64,000 nt of DNA from an uncultured Saprospiraceae bacterium (GCA_938015415.1 CALLPK010000008.1:14442-78441); one strand, 5' to 3'. Counted from the first letter of the stretch, positions 19,467-30,258 are shown. Numbers and translations are program-made. Notes: generated from the letters alone by a model not told the origin.

Positions 19467-20312
19467 ATGAAAAATCCCGCCACCTACCAACATAAAATTC
19501 TAAAAAATAAAAACGGAATATTCACCCCACTAACCGATCAACTCGCCATCGAAGAACCTTTGGAAATTCAGTTACTCTTCGGTCCACCAGATCAGCGTCA
19601 ACGAAAAAGTATTGCCGTTACCATGCGGACACCCGGCTACGACTTTGATCTCGCCGCTGGTTTTTTGTTGACCGAAGGGATTATTCAATCCACCGCAGCC
19701 ATTCAAAAAATTGCCTACGCACATTCTTTGGATCCGGAAAATTTCGAAAACACCGTCGTCGTCGTACTCCAAAACACCATAGCCGTCGACCTCGAACAAC
19801 TCGAGCGACATTTCTACACTTCTTCCAGTTGTGGCGTCTGTGGCAAAGCGTCCATTGCTGCGATTACCGTAAAATCTAATTTTAAATTACCGCTGGCCAC
19901 ACCCAAAATTTCAGCAGCGCTGCTACACCAATTACCCGATAATTTACGGGAAGTCCAGGCAGTCTTCGATAAAACGGGTGGCTTACACGCCGCGGCATTA
20001 TTTGATTGGAAAGGAAATATACTCAGCTGGCGGGAAGATGTCGGCCGACACAACGCGGTAGATAAGTTGATCGGCGAACAGGTTTTAAAAAATAAGCTGC
20101 CCTTATCGGAATCGCTCATTTTAGTCAGCGGTCGCGCCAGTTTTGAACTCATACAAAAATCACTGACCGCAGGGATTCCCATGCTGGCCGCCGTAGGTGC
20201 GCCCTCTAGTCTGGCCGTTCAACTGGCCGAACAACACGGGATGACCTTGATTGGTTTTTTAAGGAATGAGCAGTATAACGTTTATTGTGGCGAGGAAAGG
20301 TTATCCCGGTAG
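19467..20312 (+). CDS. fdhD: Formate dehydrogenase accessory sulfurtransferase FdhD
   Basis: The SSCGVCGKASI cysteine motif and a length of about 281 aa from the internal ATG at 19467 fit FdhD. The ORF-track start at 19344 would overlap the GH3 gene and adds a non-conserved extension. It sits immediately upstream of the YdeP-type molybdoenzyme. Confidence 0.75.
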   Translation: MKNPATYQHKILKNKNGIFTPLTDQLAIEEPLEIQLLFGPPDQRQRKSIAVTMRTPGYDFDLAAGFLLTEGIIQSTAAIQKIAYAHSLDPENFENTVVVVLQNTIAVDLEQLERHFYTSSSCGVCGKASIAAITVKSNFKLPLATPKISAALLHQLPDNLREVQAVFDKTGGLHAAALFDWKGNILSWREDVGRHNAVDKLIGEQVLKNKLPLSESLILVSGRASFELIQKSLTAGIPMLAAVGAPSSLAVQLAEQHGMTLIGFLRNEQYNVYCGEERLSR

Positions 20313-20343
20313 CGTAGGGGCGTATTGCAATACGCCCCTACGC
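20312..20343. terminator. Perfect palindrome, bidirectional terminator between convergent genes
   Basis: gcgtaggggcgtatt-gcaa-tacgcccctacgc has a 14-bp stem and is followed by partial repeat copies. Confidence 0.65.
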
Positions 20344-20368
20344 AATACGCCCTACCACGTAATACCCC

Positions 20369-20788
20369 CTAGATAACCTGATTTTTGATAAATGTCAGAT
20401 AGCCAGTTTTGCCTTCTTTTTTCCAAAAACGTACAGAATCTCTGATTTTTTTGATCGCCGCGGCGTACAACATCGCGTGTGAACTGTACACTGCTTCTCC
20501 CTGTCGATAATCCGGATTATTAATCAGTTCACTGTCCATACCTTCCGCTTCCCGCCCCTCCAATGTATTTAGTAATTCATCCATTAAATCCTGTTTTCGC
20601 TGAATCGGAGATTCCGGATCTTCCAGCTCTTTTCCCTGTGCCGTTTTTTTATAATAATCGTGTAGTTTTTCACAACACCATAGCACATCCGCATCTACCA
20701 TTCTGGGAAATTCTTCGTAAAGCGCAAGTATGGTCTTTTCTATGTCATATAAAACGGGAAGTAAATAATCTGGTGGTCTGGTACTCAT
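20369..20788 (-). CDS. Hypothetical protein
   Basis: 139-aa ORF with coding-like composition and no recognisable motif. Confidence 0.4.
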   Translation of the reverse strand: MSTRPPDYLLPVLYDIEKTILALYEEFPRMVDADVLWCCEKLHDYYKKTAQGKELEDPESPIQRKQDLMDELLNTLEGREAEGMDSELINNPDYRQGEAVYSSHAMLYAAAIKKIRDSVRFWKKEGKTGYLTFIKNQVI

Positions 20789-21022
20789 AGTTTCTGATAT
20801 TTAATTTAAAAAATAATTTTTTCATTACAATAATAAAAAATAATGTTCAAATTTTTATAACTTGAACAAGCTTACTAAAAAAACGTATTGCTAACATACG
20901 AAGTTGTTTAAAACGAACCAGCTTCTATTCTAAAAATTGCCAGAAGTTAGCTATTTGCTGCTCTTGATCAAACACAATCAAGGGAAACAAATAGCCAAAA
21001 GCAAACGGCCAAAAGCAAGAAA

Positions 21023-23338
21023 ATGTCCAACCCTAAAGATAAATTACACGCCGTACCTCCTCCGCACGAAGAAGAGATCAATGTTTCTAAACCCGAAAAT
21101 TACGCGGCCGGTCCGCCGGCCCTCACGGCCGTCGCACGACACGTAGGTGCGGAGATGACCGCAAAAAAATGTGGAATCACGCTTTTTACGGTCAATCAAA
21201 TGGAAGGCTACGACTGCCCGGGTTGCGCCTGGCCTGATCCGGATGACCACCGTTCTCCCGTCGGAGAATACTGCGAAAACGGCGTTAAAGCCATCGTAGA
21301 AGAAGCCACCGAAAAAAGGGTAACGCCCGATTTTTTCAAAAAATATTCTATTCAGGAAATGTCTACGTGGACCGATTATAAGATTGGTAAAAGTGGTCGT
21401 ATCACCGAACCCGTTATCCGCAAAGCGGGTAGCGATTTCTACGAGCCCATCACCTGGAACGATGCTTATCAACAGATTGCGGAACATCTCAACGGTTTAG
21501 AAAATCCGGATCAAGCAGTTTTTTATACCTCCGGGAAAGCCAGTAACGAAGCTGCTTTTTTATACCAATTATTTGTCCGGCAGTACGGTACCAACAACTT
21601 ACCGGACTGCTCCAACATGTGCCACGAATCGACGGGCGTAGCTTTATCCGAAACCATCGGGATCGGAAAAGGAACCGTAAAACTAGAAGATTTTTATATC
21701 GCAGATCTGGTGATCGTCATGGGACAAAATCCCGGAACCAATCATCCACGGATGTTATCCGCCCTGGAAATCACCAAGAAGAAAGGTGGAAAAATCATGG
21801 GTGTTAACCCACTCAAAGAAGCTGGTCTCCAACGTTTTAAAAATCCACAAAAAATAAAAGGATATTTACGGGGTACCAGCCTGATGGATTTATATCTGCC
21901 CGTAGCCGTTAACGGAGATTTGGCGTTGATCAAAGCAATCATGTACTTGTTATTACAAGAAGAAGACAAAGCACCCGGAACCGTTTTTGATCAGGAATTT
22001 ATTGCCAACAATACCAGCTATTACGAAGAATTTATCAACGACTTGCGGTTAAAAGACTTTGATGAACTGGTGAAATTTTCTGGGGTTTCCGGAACTAAAA
22101 TCAGAGAGGCTACGCAGATGATTAAAGAAAATAAAAAGATCATCATCTGCTGGGCTATGGGAATCACCCAACACGAAAATAGCGTCAACACCATCCGGGA
22201 AATCATAAACCTTTTATTACTCAAAGGTAGTATCGGAAAACCCGGTGCGGGCGCCTGTCCCGTACGAGGACATAGCAATGTACAGGGAGATCGTACCGTC
22301 GGCGTTTGGGAAAAACTAAAACCGGAACTACGCGATGCACTCGAAAAAAACTTTGATTTTAAACCACCGACCGAAAATGGATTTCACGTCGTGGATTCTA
22401 TTCGCGCGATGGCCGAAGGAAAGGTAAAGTTTTATATGGGCCTTGGCGGCAATTTGCTTTCCGCCGGACCGGATACCGAATTTACGGCAACTGCTTTTCA
22501 GAAATGTGAACTCACCGTACAGATTTCAACCAAACTAAATCGCAATCATTTAATTGCCGGAGCAACCTCCATCATTCTTCCGTGCATCGGACGAACGGAA
22601 ATTATTCCAACTTCTGCCGGAGACCAGATTATCAGTTGCGAAAATTCAACGGGCGTCGTCCAGGCATCCCGTGGTAAAGTCGATCCTATTTCCGAACATC
22701 TAAAAGCCGAACCCACCATCATTGCGGAGTTGGCAAATGTCGTGGTAGGGAACAAATACGCAAAACCAAACTGGGAAATGCTGGCCGCAGATTACGACGT
22801 AGTTCGTGACCTCATTGAAGCCACCATTCCCGGATTCGATAACTTCAACGAACGGGTTCGCAATCACGGGGGTTTCTATTTGCCCAACTCTGCCCGCGAA
22901 GGCAACTTTGAGACGGAAACGGGTAAGGCTTTATTTTCCGTCAACCCTGTACTTAATTTAACCGTCAAAGCCGACGAATATATTATGATGACGATCCGTA
23001 GTCACGATCAATTTAACACCACTATTTATGGAAACAATGATCGCTATCGGGGTATCGAAAATGGACGTCGGGTCGTTTTCATGAACGCAGCAGATATCAA
23101 AAAAGCAGGCTTTAATTCAGGAGATAAAGTTGACTTATTTAGTTATTTTGAAAAGAAAAAAAGAATCGCCAGAGATTTTCAAATCATTGAATATGATATT
23201 CCCGTAAATACGGTGGCTACTTATTTTCCGGAAGCGAACGTCCTGGTTCCCATCAATAGCTTTGCGCATCGTAGTTATACACCGGCTTATAAGTCAGTGA
23301 TTATTAAAATGAAAAAGGTGGTAGACCCGATGGCTTAG
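21023..23338 (+). CDS. FdhF/YdeP family molybdopterin oxidoreductase (formate-dehydrogenase-alpha-like)
   Basis: 771 aa. It has the N-terminal Cys cluster region CPGCAW, a molybdopterin-oxidoreductase-like body and an adjacent fdhD. Confidence 0.75.
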   Translation: MSNPKDKLHAVPPPHEEEINVSKPENYAAGPPALTAVARHVGAEMTAKKCGITLFTVNQMEGYDCPGCAWPDPDDHRSPVGEYCENGVKAIVEEATEKRVTPDFFKKYSIQEMSTWTDYKIGKSGRITEPVIRKAGSDFYEPITWNDAYQQIAEHLNGLENPDQAVFYTSGKASNEAAFLYQLFVRQYGTNNLPDCSNMCHESTGVALSETIGIGKGTVKLEDFYIADLVIVMGQNPGTNHPRMLSALEITKKKGGKIMGVNPLKEAGLQRFKNPQKIKGYLRGTSLMDLYLPVAVNGDLALIKAIMYLLLQEEDKAPGTVFDQEFIANNTSYYEEFINDLRLKDFDELVKFSGVSGTKIREATQMIKENKKIIICWAMGITQHENSVNTIREIINLLLLKGSIGKPGAGACPVRGHSNVQGDRTVGVWEKLKPELRDALEKNFDFKPPTENGFHVVDSIRAMAEGKVKFYMGLGGNLLSAGPDTEFTATAFQKCELTVQISTKLNRNHLIAGATSIILPCIGRTEIIPTSAGDQIISCENSTGVVQASRGKVDPISEHLKAEPTIIAELANVVVGNKYAKPNWEMLAADYDVVRDLIEATIPGFDNFNERVRNHGGFYLPNSAREGNFETETGKALFSVNPVLNLTVKADEYIMMTIRSHDQFNTTIYGNNDRYRGIENGRRVVFMNAADIKKAGFNSGDKVDLFSYFEKKKRIARDFQIIEYDIPVNTVATYFPEANVLVPINSFAHRSYTPAYKSVIIKMKKVVDPMA

Positions 23339-23357
23339 TTTTTTCATTAAACCTTCA

Positions 23358-24821
23358 TTAATTTTTCCACTCCTTCTCCTCCTGTCGGATATGGTCGAGG
23401 ATCACTGTGACGCCATACTTCCGTCGCAGGTGCGCCGCCAGCATATCCGCCGCGTAGACCGAGCGATGCTGACCTCCCGTACAACCGAAGCTGACCATTA
23501 AATTCGTAAAACTTCGTTCGAGGTAGTTTTCCACCGCCTCATCCACAATCTGATAAATATTATTGAGATAATCCGCCATATTGCTATTTTCTTTTAGAAA
23601 GTCGATCACGGGTTGATCGCGCCCCGTTAGTTTTTTATAAGGTTCATAACGTCCTGGATTGTGAACAAACCGACAATCAAAAATGAAACCACCGCCGTTG
23701 CCCGAAGGATCTACCGGGTGACCAAATTTATAAGAAAAGCTGTTGACACGAACGGTTAAAGATTCGTTGTTAGGTTGTGCGCCGGTGGGTTGAAATCGAG
23801 GGTCCGCAATAGCAAGCCGGAGGACTCGTAATAATTCAGGAATTTTGATTGGAATTTTTTTATTATCCAATACCCATTTAATATCCTGCAGCGCGATTGG
23901 TAAGCCATTCATAAAATAGGCTCGACGTTCGTGCAAGCCGCGTTGTCCGTAAGTACCGAAAGCCTGTATTCTGCGAATCAATACATACCCGTAAAAGTGA
24001 TCCATAAATTCTTTTCGGTCTACGGGAATCATCTCTGCAATAACGTCTAAATAATACGCTACTAGTTCTTCCCGAATAGCAAAAGGAATCCCGGCTTTTG
24101 GCTGAAACAATAAAGAGGCTGGATCATAATGTAAGGCACCTCTGCGTCCTCCCTGATAATCGATAAAATAAGGTTCCCCCTTTTTCAACATAATATTCCG
24201 AGACTGAAAATCACGGTACATAAAATATTTCCGATCGGCCGAAAGCAGAAACTCAATTAACGTATTAAAATCATGCTCCAGCGCTTGTTCATCAAAAGTA
24301 ATTCCAGCTAGTTTTAAGAAAAAATATTTGAAACCATTCAAATCCCATTGCATAGATTGGCGGTCAAAATCGGGTCGAGGATACGCTACTGAATAATCTA
24401 AATCTTTGGTACCTTCCACCTGCATCCGGGCGAGTCCCGCCAGGACTTTTTTGTACATTCCCATTAAAGGTTCAGAAAAACCTTCTTGATTTTCTAATAA
24501 AAAACTATACAAAGTCGTCGCGCCCAAATCTTCCTGCAGGTAAATCTGCGCTGATAAATCCTCGGCGTACAATTCGGGGACGGGCAAACCCTTTTGATAG
24601 AAATTTTTAGTAAATGCCACAAAAGCCTCGTTTTCTTTTGGATCCGGACCGTATGCGCCAATCGCCTTTTTAGTCGCACTGGTAATTCGAAAATAACTTC
24701 GATTGGAAGCGGTCCGGGTCAGCGGTAGTATACTCTTTACTGATTCGCCTGCCCAGGATTCGTAGAGCGCGGTAATTTTTTGTTGAAGGGTATTTTCTTT
24801 CATAATTAAACTAAAGTGCAA
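23358..24821 (-). CDS. Bifunctional protein with an N-terminal phosphotransferase (APH/AmgK-like kinase) domain fused to a RapZ-like C-terminal domain
   Basis: 487 aa. The first ~350 aa look like a kinase/phosphotransferase. The C-terminal ~120 aa, GCTGGQHRSVYAADMLAAHLRRKYGVTVILDHIRQEE, matches the conserved CTGGxHRSV motif of the RapZ/YhbJ C-terminal domain. Confidence 0.6.
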   Translation of the reverse strand: MHFSLIMKENTLQQKITALYESWAGESVKSILPLTRTASNRSYFRITSATKKAIGAYGPDPKENEAFVAFTKNFYQKGLPVPELYAEDLSAQIYLQEDLGATTLYSFLLENQEGFSEPLMGMYKKVLAGLARMQVEGTKDLDYSVAYPRPDFDRQSMQWDLNGFKYFFLKLAGITFDEQALEHDFNTLIEFLLSADRKYFMYRDFQSRNIMLKKGEPYFIDYQGGRRGALHYDPASLLFQPKAGIPFAIREELVAYYLDVIAEMIPVDRKEFMDHFYGYVLIRRIQAFGTYGQRGLHERRAYFMNGLPIALQDIKWVLDNKKIPIKIPELLRVLRLAIADPRFQPTGAQPNNESLTVRVNSFSYKFGHPVDPSGNGGGFIFDCRFVHNPGRYEPYKKLTGRDQPVIDFLKENSNMADYLNNIYQIVDEAVENYLERSFTNLMVSFGCTGGQHRSVYAADMLAAHLRRKYGVTVILDHIRQEEKEWKN

Positions 24822-24916
24822 AAAAATTGACCGTAAGAAAAAGAAGCATAGTCCTAGAAGTTACCACGCTTAAACAAATTCAATCCTTATCATTCCAGCA
24901 ACCTAGACTTCGTTCG

Positions 24917-25918
24917 TTATCCTTCGTCCGAAGTTAATCGTTGCCAGATTTCGTCTTTTAATTCTGTTAAACCCGTCTGGGCAACCGAAGAAATAAAAAG
25001 GTGGTCAATATCTTTAGGGATGGTGGGTAATAACAATTCCTTTAGTTCTTCGTCGATCAAATCAGATTTAGTGATGGCGAGCAAACGAGGCTTGTCGAGC
25101 ATTTCCTCGTTGTACTGTTTGAGTTCGTTTAATAGGATTTCGTATTCTTTTTGAATGTTATCGGTATCGGCCGGAATCATAAACAGGAGAAGTGCGTTCC
25201 GTTCGATGTGTCGCAGGAAACGGTGCCCTAACCCTTTACCTTCGTGCGCATTTTCGATGATACCGGGGATATCCGCCATGATAAAAGAACGATTATCTCG
25301 ATACTGAACGATTCCCAGATTAGGGGTGAGGGTGGTAAATGCGTAGGCACCAATTTTGGGTTTGGCAGCGGTGACGACCGAAAGTAACGTAGATTTTCCA
25401 GCATTTGGAAATCCCACCAGGCCGACATCAGCCAGCACTTTCAGTTCCAGTATTTTCCATTCTTTTTTACCTTCTTCACCTGGTTGGGCAAAATGAGGAG
25501 ACTGCATGGTAGCAGATTTAAAGTGAGAATTTCCTTTTCCACCTCGCCCACCAGAAACGATAATTTGAGTTTCTCCATCCTCAGTGATTTCAAAAAGCGT
25601 CTCTCCTGTTTCTACGTCTTTAGCTACCGTTCCCAAAGGAACATCCAGTATTACGTCGTCTCCTTCTGCACCAGAACTATTACTTTCACCTCCGTTTTCA
25701 CCTGGTTTGGCGATTACGTGTTTTTGGTATTTCAAACTTAGTAAGGTCCACAATTGCTTATTCCCACGTAAAATAATATGTCCGCCACGACCACCATCAC
25801 CCCCATCCGGACCACCTTTTGCGGTCAGTCGATCCCGACGAAAGTGCATAGAACCAGCACCGCCAGCACCGGAACGACAACAGATTTTTACGTAGTCAAC
25901 AAAATTTCGATCAGACAT
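24917..25918 (-). CDS. obg: GTPase Obg
   Basis: The Gly-rich Obg fold GGAGGAGS...[16 protein letters not shown] is followed by a G domain ([15 protein letters not shown]). Confidence 0.92.
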   Translation of the reverse strand: MSDRNFVDYVKICCRSGAGGAGSMHFRRDRLTAKGGPDGGDGGRGGHIILRGNKQLWTLLSLKYQKHVIAKPGENGGESNSSGAEGDDVILDVPLGTVAKDVETGETLFEITEDGETQIIVSGGRGGKGNSHFKSATMQSPHFAQPGEEGKKEWKILELKVLADVGLVGFPNAGKSTLLSVVTAAKPKIGAYAFTTLTPNLGIVQYRDNRSFIMADIPGIIENAHEGKGLGHRFLRHIERNALLLFMIPADTDNIQKEYEILLNELKQYNEEMLDKPRLLAITKSDLIDEELKELLLPTIPKDIDHLFISSVAQTGLTELKDEIWQRLTSDEG

Positions 25919-26069
25919 AAGTAGGTTTGTTTTATTTGCTCCAAAGGCACAAAGAACACGAAGTTCTTCTTTCGCTTTTCCTTGTGGCTCTTGTTTTATT
26001 TGCCACTAAGACGTAAAGACACTAAGTTTTTTACGCGATTTTTCTTTATGCATTTGTGACCTAATTATC

Positions 26070-26642
26070 TTATGCCTCTTTGATTTCCAGGCATAATCGC
26101 TTATAAATCATTTCCATATCTCCTACTCCCCAGACCTTAATGGACTTTCCTTTTTTAATGTAATGCGTAAAAACCGGAATAGTTTCCTCCTTATAAGTCG
26201 CCAGTCGATGAAGAATAATTTTTTTACTTTTATCATCCGCCCGACCAGAAGTTTTTCCCCTTTCTTTGAGACGGCGTACCAGTTCATCATCTGGCACATC
26301 CAGCATAATTAGTTTAGTTACTTCCGAGTCCATCCCTTTCAGAAATCGGTCAAGTGCCGTTGCCTGTTTTTTGGTACGTGGAAAACCGTCAAAAATAAAT
26401 CCTTTGGCTTTTGGGTTTTCTGCGACCTTGGCTTTCAACATATTGATCGTTACTTTATCTGGTACCAAAGCTCCTTTATCAATATATTTTTTGGCTTCTA
26501 ATCCAAGTGGTGTATTATTTTTCAGGTTAAACCTGAATAAATCACCCGTTGAGATATGAACAAGTTTAAATTTTTTGACGAGTTTCAACGCCTGGGTTCC
26601 CTTCCCCGAGCCCGGAGGGCCGAATAAAATTAAGTTAATCAT
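26070..26642 (-). CDS. adk: Adenylate kinase
   Basis: 190 aa with the P-loop ILFGPPGSGKGTQA. Confidence 0.92.
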   Translation of the reverse strand: MINLILFGPPGSGKGTQALKLVKKFKLVHISTGDLFRFNLKNNTPLGLEAKKYIDKGALVPDKVTINMLKAKVAENPKAKGFIFDGFPRTKKQATALDRFLKGMDSEVTKLIMLDVPDDELVRRLKERGKTSGRADDKSKKIILHRLATYKEETIPVFTHYIKKGKSIKVWGVGDMEMIYKRLCLEIKEA

Positions 26643-26665
26643 CTTGTGGACTATTTTTCGGTAAC

Positions 26666-26734
26666 GAGATTACTTAGTAATATAAATAGCATAGCGTAAA
26701 AGCTATGCGCTTATCAATATTACTAAGTAATCTC
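26666..26734. promoter_or_regulatory. Long compound hairpin (18-bp outer arms plus a 7-bp inner stem) between NlpC/P60 and adk
   Basis: gagattacttagtaatat ... agcatagc-gtaaaa-gctatgc ... atattactaagtaatctc. Confidence 0.5.
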
Positions 26735-26800
26735 GACACGGTTATGATAGTGGTCTAGTTTGGAAAAAAGCAATTGCGAAGATACTCATTTTTTTATTCT

Positions 26801-27352
26801 TCAGTCCAGCATTTTACGCGCAAATAACAAGCGGGATTGCCAGTACTCAGAATGGGTAATATTTTGTTCGATGACGCCCTTGGAAGAGGTGCTGTGGATA
26901 ACCTTCAGACCATCAGCATCATTTTGAGTAATGATCGCAACGTGGGAGACCTTGCCTCTTGATCCGAAAAAAATAAGATCACCTGGTTGTGCGGCTGCTA
27001 CTCTTATTTTTTTTCCCTGCTTGGCCTGCGCCCCCGAAGTACGGTGTAAATCCACCCTGTTTTTTATTAAAACGTAGGAAGTAAAACCAGAACAATCAAA
27101 TCCTTTGGGTGTTGTTCCTCCATATTTGTACTTGCTGCCTTTATATTTACGGGCGGTGTTTATGATATCCGTTCGAAGAGACGAAACATTACTGGAAGAA
27201 GTAGTCCTACGCGGTTTGCGAGGGATAGGCGTACTGCTGTCAGCGGGACGCAGCGCCGTACAAGCACTGAAAAAAAACAGGATAGCAGCGCCAAATAGCA
27301 GCCAGGGGTTACCCAAAATTTTCATTAACATGTAATCAGTTTTTATAGACAA
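26801..27352 (-). CDS. NlpC/P60 (C40) family cell-wall peptidase, secreted
   Basis: 183 aa. It has a signal peptide, and FDCSGFTSYV...SHVAII carries the catalytic Cys/His. Confidence 0.8.
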   Translation of the reverse strand: MSIKTDYMLMKILGNPWLLFGAAILFFFSACTALRPADSSTPIPRKPRRTTSSSNVSSLRTDIINTARKYKGSKYKYGGTTPKGFDCSGFTSYVLIKNRVDLHRTSGAQAKQGKKIRVAAAQPGDLIFFGSRGKVSHVAIITQNDADGLKVIHSTSSKGVIEQNITHSEYWQSRLLFARKMLD

Positions 27353-27682
27353 GAATCAAACGTCCTATTACTTAAAAATATTGGCGAAGGGTCTGATCAG
27401 TAACACATTTAAATATAGAAGTTGTTTAAGAATAAAGCAGAATAGTTACGAACAAGTCATTGATTGCCAACACTGCACAAATTTATCGGTCTCGTAGCTT
27501 TGGCTACGAACCTCAAAATTTGCATCGTTTTGACAATCAAGCACTTATTCTCACTTTCTCTGGACATTCTTAAACAACTTCTTATAGTCTATCTATTATC
27601 CCAATCCACTTGGATAAGCGAATCAGAATTTTAAAATAATGCCGCATTTACACTTTATGTTAGTTTAACCTCTAGTTTAGAT

Positions 27683-28444
27683 TTAAGATTCAAAACCATC
27701 CTGATCCGCTAGAAAAGGAAGCTTATTCATAAAAGCCTGTCGTTCTGATAGGAATATTTTGGCGGTAAATTCTCCTTCTATTTTTTGCGCTTCTAATAAT
27801 GGCTTGCCCGCAAAATCAACCAGCGTAGAATCTCCGGCATAGCTCAATTTTGCACCATCCTCCCCTACTCGGTTGACGCCAATGGTATAACACTGATTTT
27901 CGATGGCTCGTGCTTTAAGTAAGGTTCGCCACGCTTCGCGCCGTCGGTCGGGCCAGCTGGCTACGTAAATCAGCAAGTCATAATTCCCCTTATTTCTGGA
28001 CCATTCTGGAAAACGTAAATCGTAACAAATCAATGGGCATATTTTCCAACCCATATAATCAATCAGTATCCGCTCGGTGCCCGGTGTAAAATATTTGTGT
28101 TCACCCGCGAGGGTAAAAAGATGTTTTTTATCATAAAAAATAACCTCTCCTGTGGGCGTCACCCATAGCAATCGGTTAAAAAATTGATCTTCTTTCTGGA
28201 TAATCATACTACCCGTAATTACCGCCCCGATTTTTGTAGCTTCCTCCCGTAGCCACGCGACCGTAGGACCATTCATGGTTTCGGCAAGTTCTCTGGATCG
28301 CATACTAAAGCCAGTCGTAAACATTTCCGGAATGACTACGAGATCTGTTTTCCCGATTAAACTGGCAAATTTTGCGCTAAACATTTTTCGATTAGTGGCA
28401 GGATTTTCCCAGTGAAGATTGGTTTGCAGGAGCGTAATTCGCAT
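27683..28444 (-). CDS. Carbon-nitrogen hydrolase family amidohydrolase (omega-amidase-like)
   Basis: 253 aa. MRITLLQTNLHWENP... has the CN-hydrolase layout, including the catalytic Cys region LICYD. Confidence 0.75.
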   Translation of the reverse strand: MRITLLQTNLHWENPATNRKMFSAKFASLIGKTDLVVIPEMFTTGFSMRSRELAETMNGPTVAWLREEATKIGAVITGSMIIQKEDQFFNRLLWVTPTGEVIFYDKKHLFTLAGEHKYFTPGTERILIDYMGWKICPLICYDLRFPEWSRNKGNYDLLIYVASWPDRRREAWRTLLKARAIENQCYTIGVNRVGEDGAKLSYAGDSTLVDFAGKPLLEAQKIEGEFTAKIFLSERQAFMNKLPFLADQDGFES

Positions 28445-28533
28445 ATTTTTGATTTTATAAATCCGCTAAAACGAAAAAGAGATATTGGGATGACCAATAT
28501 CTCTCTTCTCTACTTTTAATAAACCTATTTGAT

Positions 28534-29166
28534 TTATTCCGCTGCTGCTTCTGCACCTTCCGCTTCTGCACCTTCTGCTGCTGCTTCCTCTTCCTCTTCT
28601 TCTGCTGTTGCGCTACGCAATGCACGTGGTGTTTCGACCGATGCTACGGGAATATTCATGGAAGTCATCACCTCCATTTTATCCGTCACTTCAATATCAC
28701 TCACCCGAACCGATTCGTTCAATTTTAATTTTGAAATATCAACAAATAATTCTGGAACAAGACTATCTGGCGTTGTTTTTATTTTCACTCTACGCACCTT
28801 TTGGTTTAGACGACCACCCGTCTTTACACCAGGAGCAACTCCTTTAAAACGAATTGGAATCATTACTTTTAAAGGCTGACCTTCTACTAATTCTAAAAAG
28901 TCGATGTGTACGATATCGCCCGTTACTGGATGAAAAGTAATATCCTGTAAAACACATTTATATACTTTACCATCTACCGTTAATTCAGCAAGCTTAAAGG
29001 CAGGAGTGTAAATTAAATCCCGAAAAGCCAAAGCAGGTCCGCTACAGTGGATTACCTTTTCACCACCATAAATGACACAGGGCACTAATCCTTCCTTACG
29101 AGTTGCTTTTGTTGCTTTTTTTCCAATCCCTGGGCGGGCATTAGCACTAATTACTACTGATTCCAT
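28534..29166 (-). CDS. rplY: 50S ribosomal protein L25 / general stress protein Ctc
   Basis: N-terminus ...NARPGIGKKATKATRKEGLVPCVIYG. It has an Ala/Glu-rich C-terminal tail and sits downstream of prs. Confidence 0.88.
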   Translation of the reverse strand: MESVVISANARPGIGKKATKATRKEGLVPCVIYGGEKVIHCSGPALAFRDLIYTPAFKLAELTVDGKVYKCVLQDITFHPVTGDIVHIDFLELVEGQPLKVMIPIRFKGVAPGVKTGGRLNQKVRRVKIKTTPDSLVPELFVDISKLKLNESVRVSDIEVTDKMEVMTSMNIPVASVETPRALRSATAEEEEEEAAAEGAEAEGAEAAAE

Positions 29167-29325
29167 TATATATCTATTTGAAATTTTAGACCAAACTTGA
29201 GGGTTTTCCCCAAAATGATTGCAAAGATAACAGTTTTGAGGGAAATTGCCTAGTATTTTAAAGCAAAAGTGTAAATTTAAAGACTATGAGGGTTTCTTTG
29301 TCTGAGCTAACTGAATAACCCGTTC

Positions 29326-30258
29326 CTACCCATCTACAAATAAAGCCGAAATTGAGCGATGTTCGTGGGTATTTCGGATAGCCCGGGCAAAGAGTTTAGC
29401 GGTAGAAAGCACCTTAATTTTCGGAGAAGTTTGCGCCAAGGGAATGGTATCACAAACAATCACCTCCTGAATGCTGGATGCTTCAATATTTTTGTAAGCA
29501 TCACCCGATAAAACCGGATGGGTGCAAAGCGCTCTGACACTTTTCGCTCCTTTATCCATAATGATATCGGCCGCCCGGCAAAGTGTACCAGCTGTATCTA
29601 CTAAATCATCCACCAAAATAATATCTGCATCCTTTACGTCACCGATAACGGTCATGCCTGCCACCACGTTGGCTTTTTTTCGATATTTATCACAAATAAC
29701 CAAGTCCCGCTGAAAATATTGTGCGTAGGTACGTGCACGCTTGACACCTCCCACATCCGGAGAAGCAAAGGTAACGTTAGACAAATCTGTTTTTTTCAAA
29801 TATGGGATAAAAATTGCTTCACTTTTAAGGTGATCCACGGGAATATCAAAAAAGCCTTGAAGCTGATCGGAGTGAAAATCAATGGTCATAATTCGATTAG
29901 CCCCCGCCGCTTGCAGTAAGTTGGCAATCAACTTAGCTGAAATAGGCACTCGCGGTTTGTCTTTTCGATCTTGTCTTGCATACCCAAAATAAGGAATGAC
30001 CGCAATAATATATTCGGCGGAAGCTCGCTTAGCTGTATCAATCATCAGCAACAACTCCATCAGATTATCCGTAGGAGCAAAAGTAGATTGAATAAAAAAG
30101 GTATAACATCCGCGGACTGATTCATTAATAATTGGCTGCATTTCTCCGTCCGAAAACTTCAGCAGCGTTTTATTACCCAATGAATAACCATAATAATCGG
30201 CGATCTTTTCGGCGAGATATTTTGAATTGATTCCAGAAAACAGTTTTACCGTACCCAT
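29326..30258 (-). CDS. prs: Ribose-phosphate pyrophosphokinase
   Basis: 310 aa. It has the PRPP synthetase N-terminus KLFSGINSKYLAEKIA and the PRPP-binding motif. Confidence 0.9.
   Translation of the reverse strand: MGTVKLFSGINSKYLAEKIADYYGYSLGNKTLLKFSDGEMQPIINESVRGCYTFFIQSTFAPTDNLMELLLMIDTAKRASAEYIIAVIPYFGYARQDRKDKPRVPISAKLIANLLQAAGANRIMTIDFHSDQLQGFFDIPVDHLKSEAIFIPYLKKTDLSNVTFASPDVGGVKRARTYAQYFQRDLVICDKYRKKANVVAGMTVIGDVKDADIILVDDLVDTAGTLCRAADIIMDKGAKSVRALCTHPVLSGDAYKNIEASSIQEVIVCDTIPLAQTSPKIKVLSTAKLFARAIRNTHEHRSISALFVDG

Noticed and set aside
28529-28879. 116-aa plus ORF with poly-Ala/Ser
   Set aside because: It is the antisense frame of the Ala/Glu-rich C-terminal tail of rplY.
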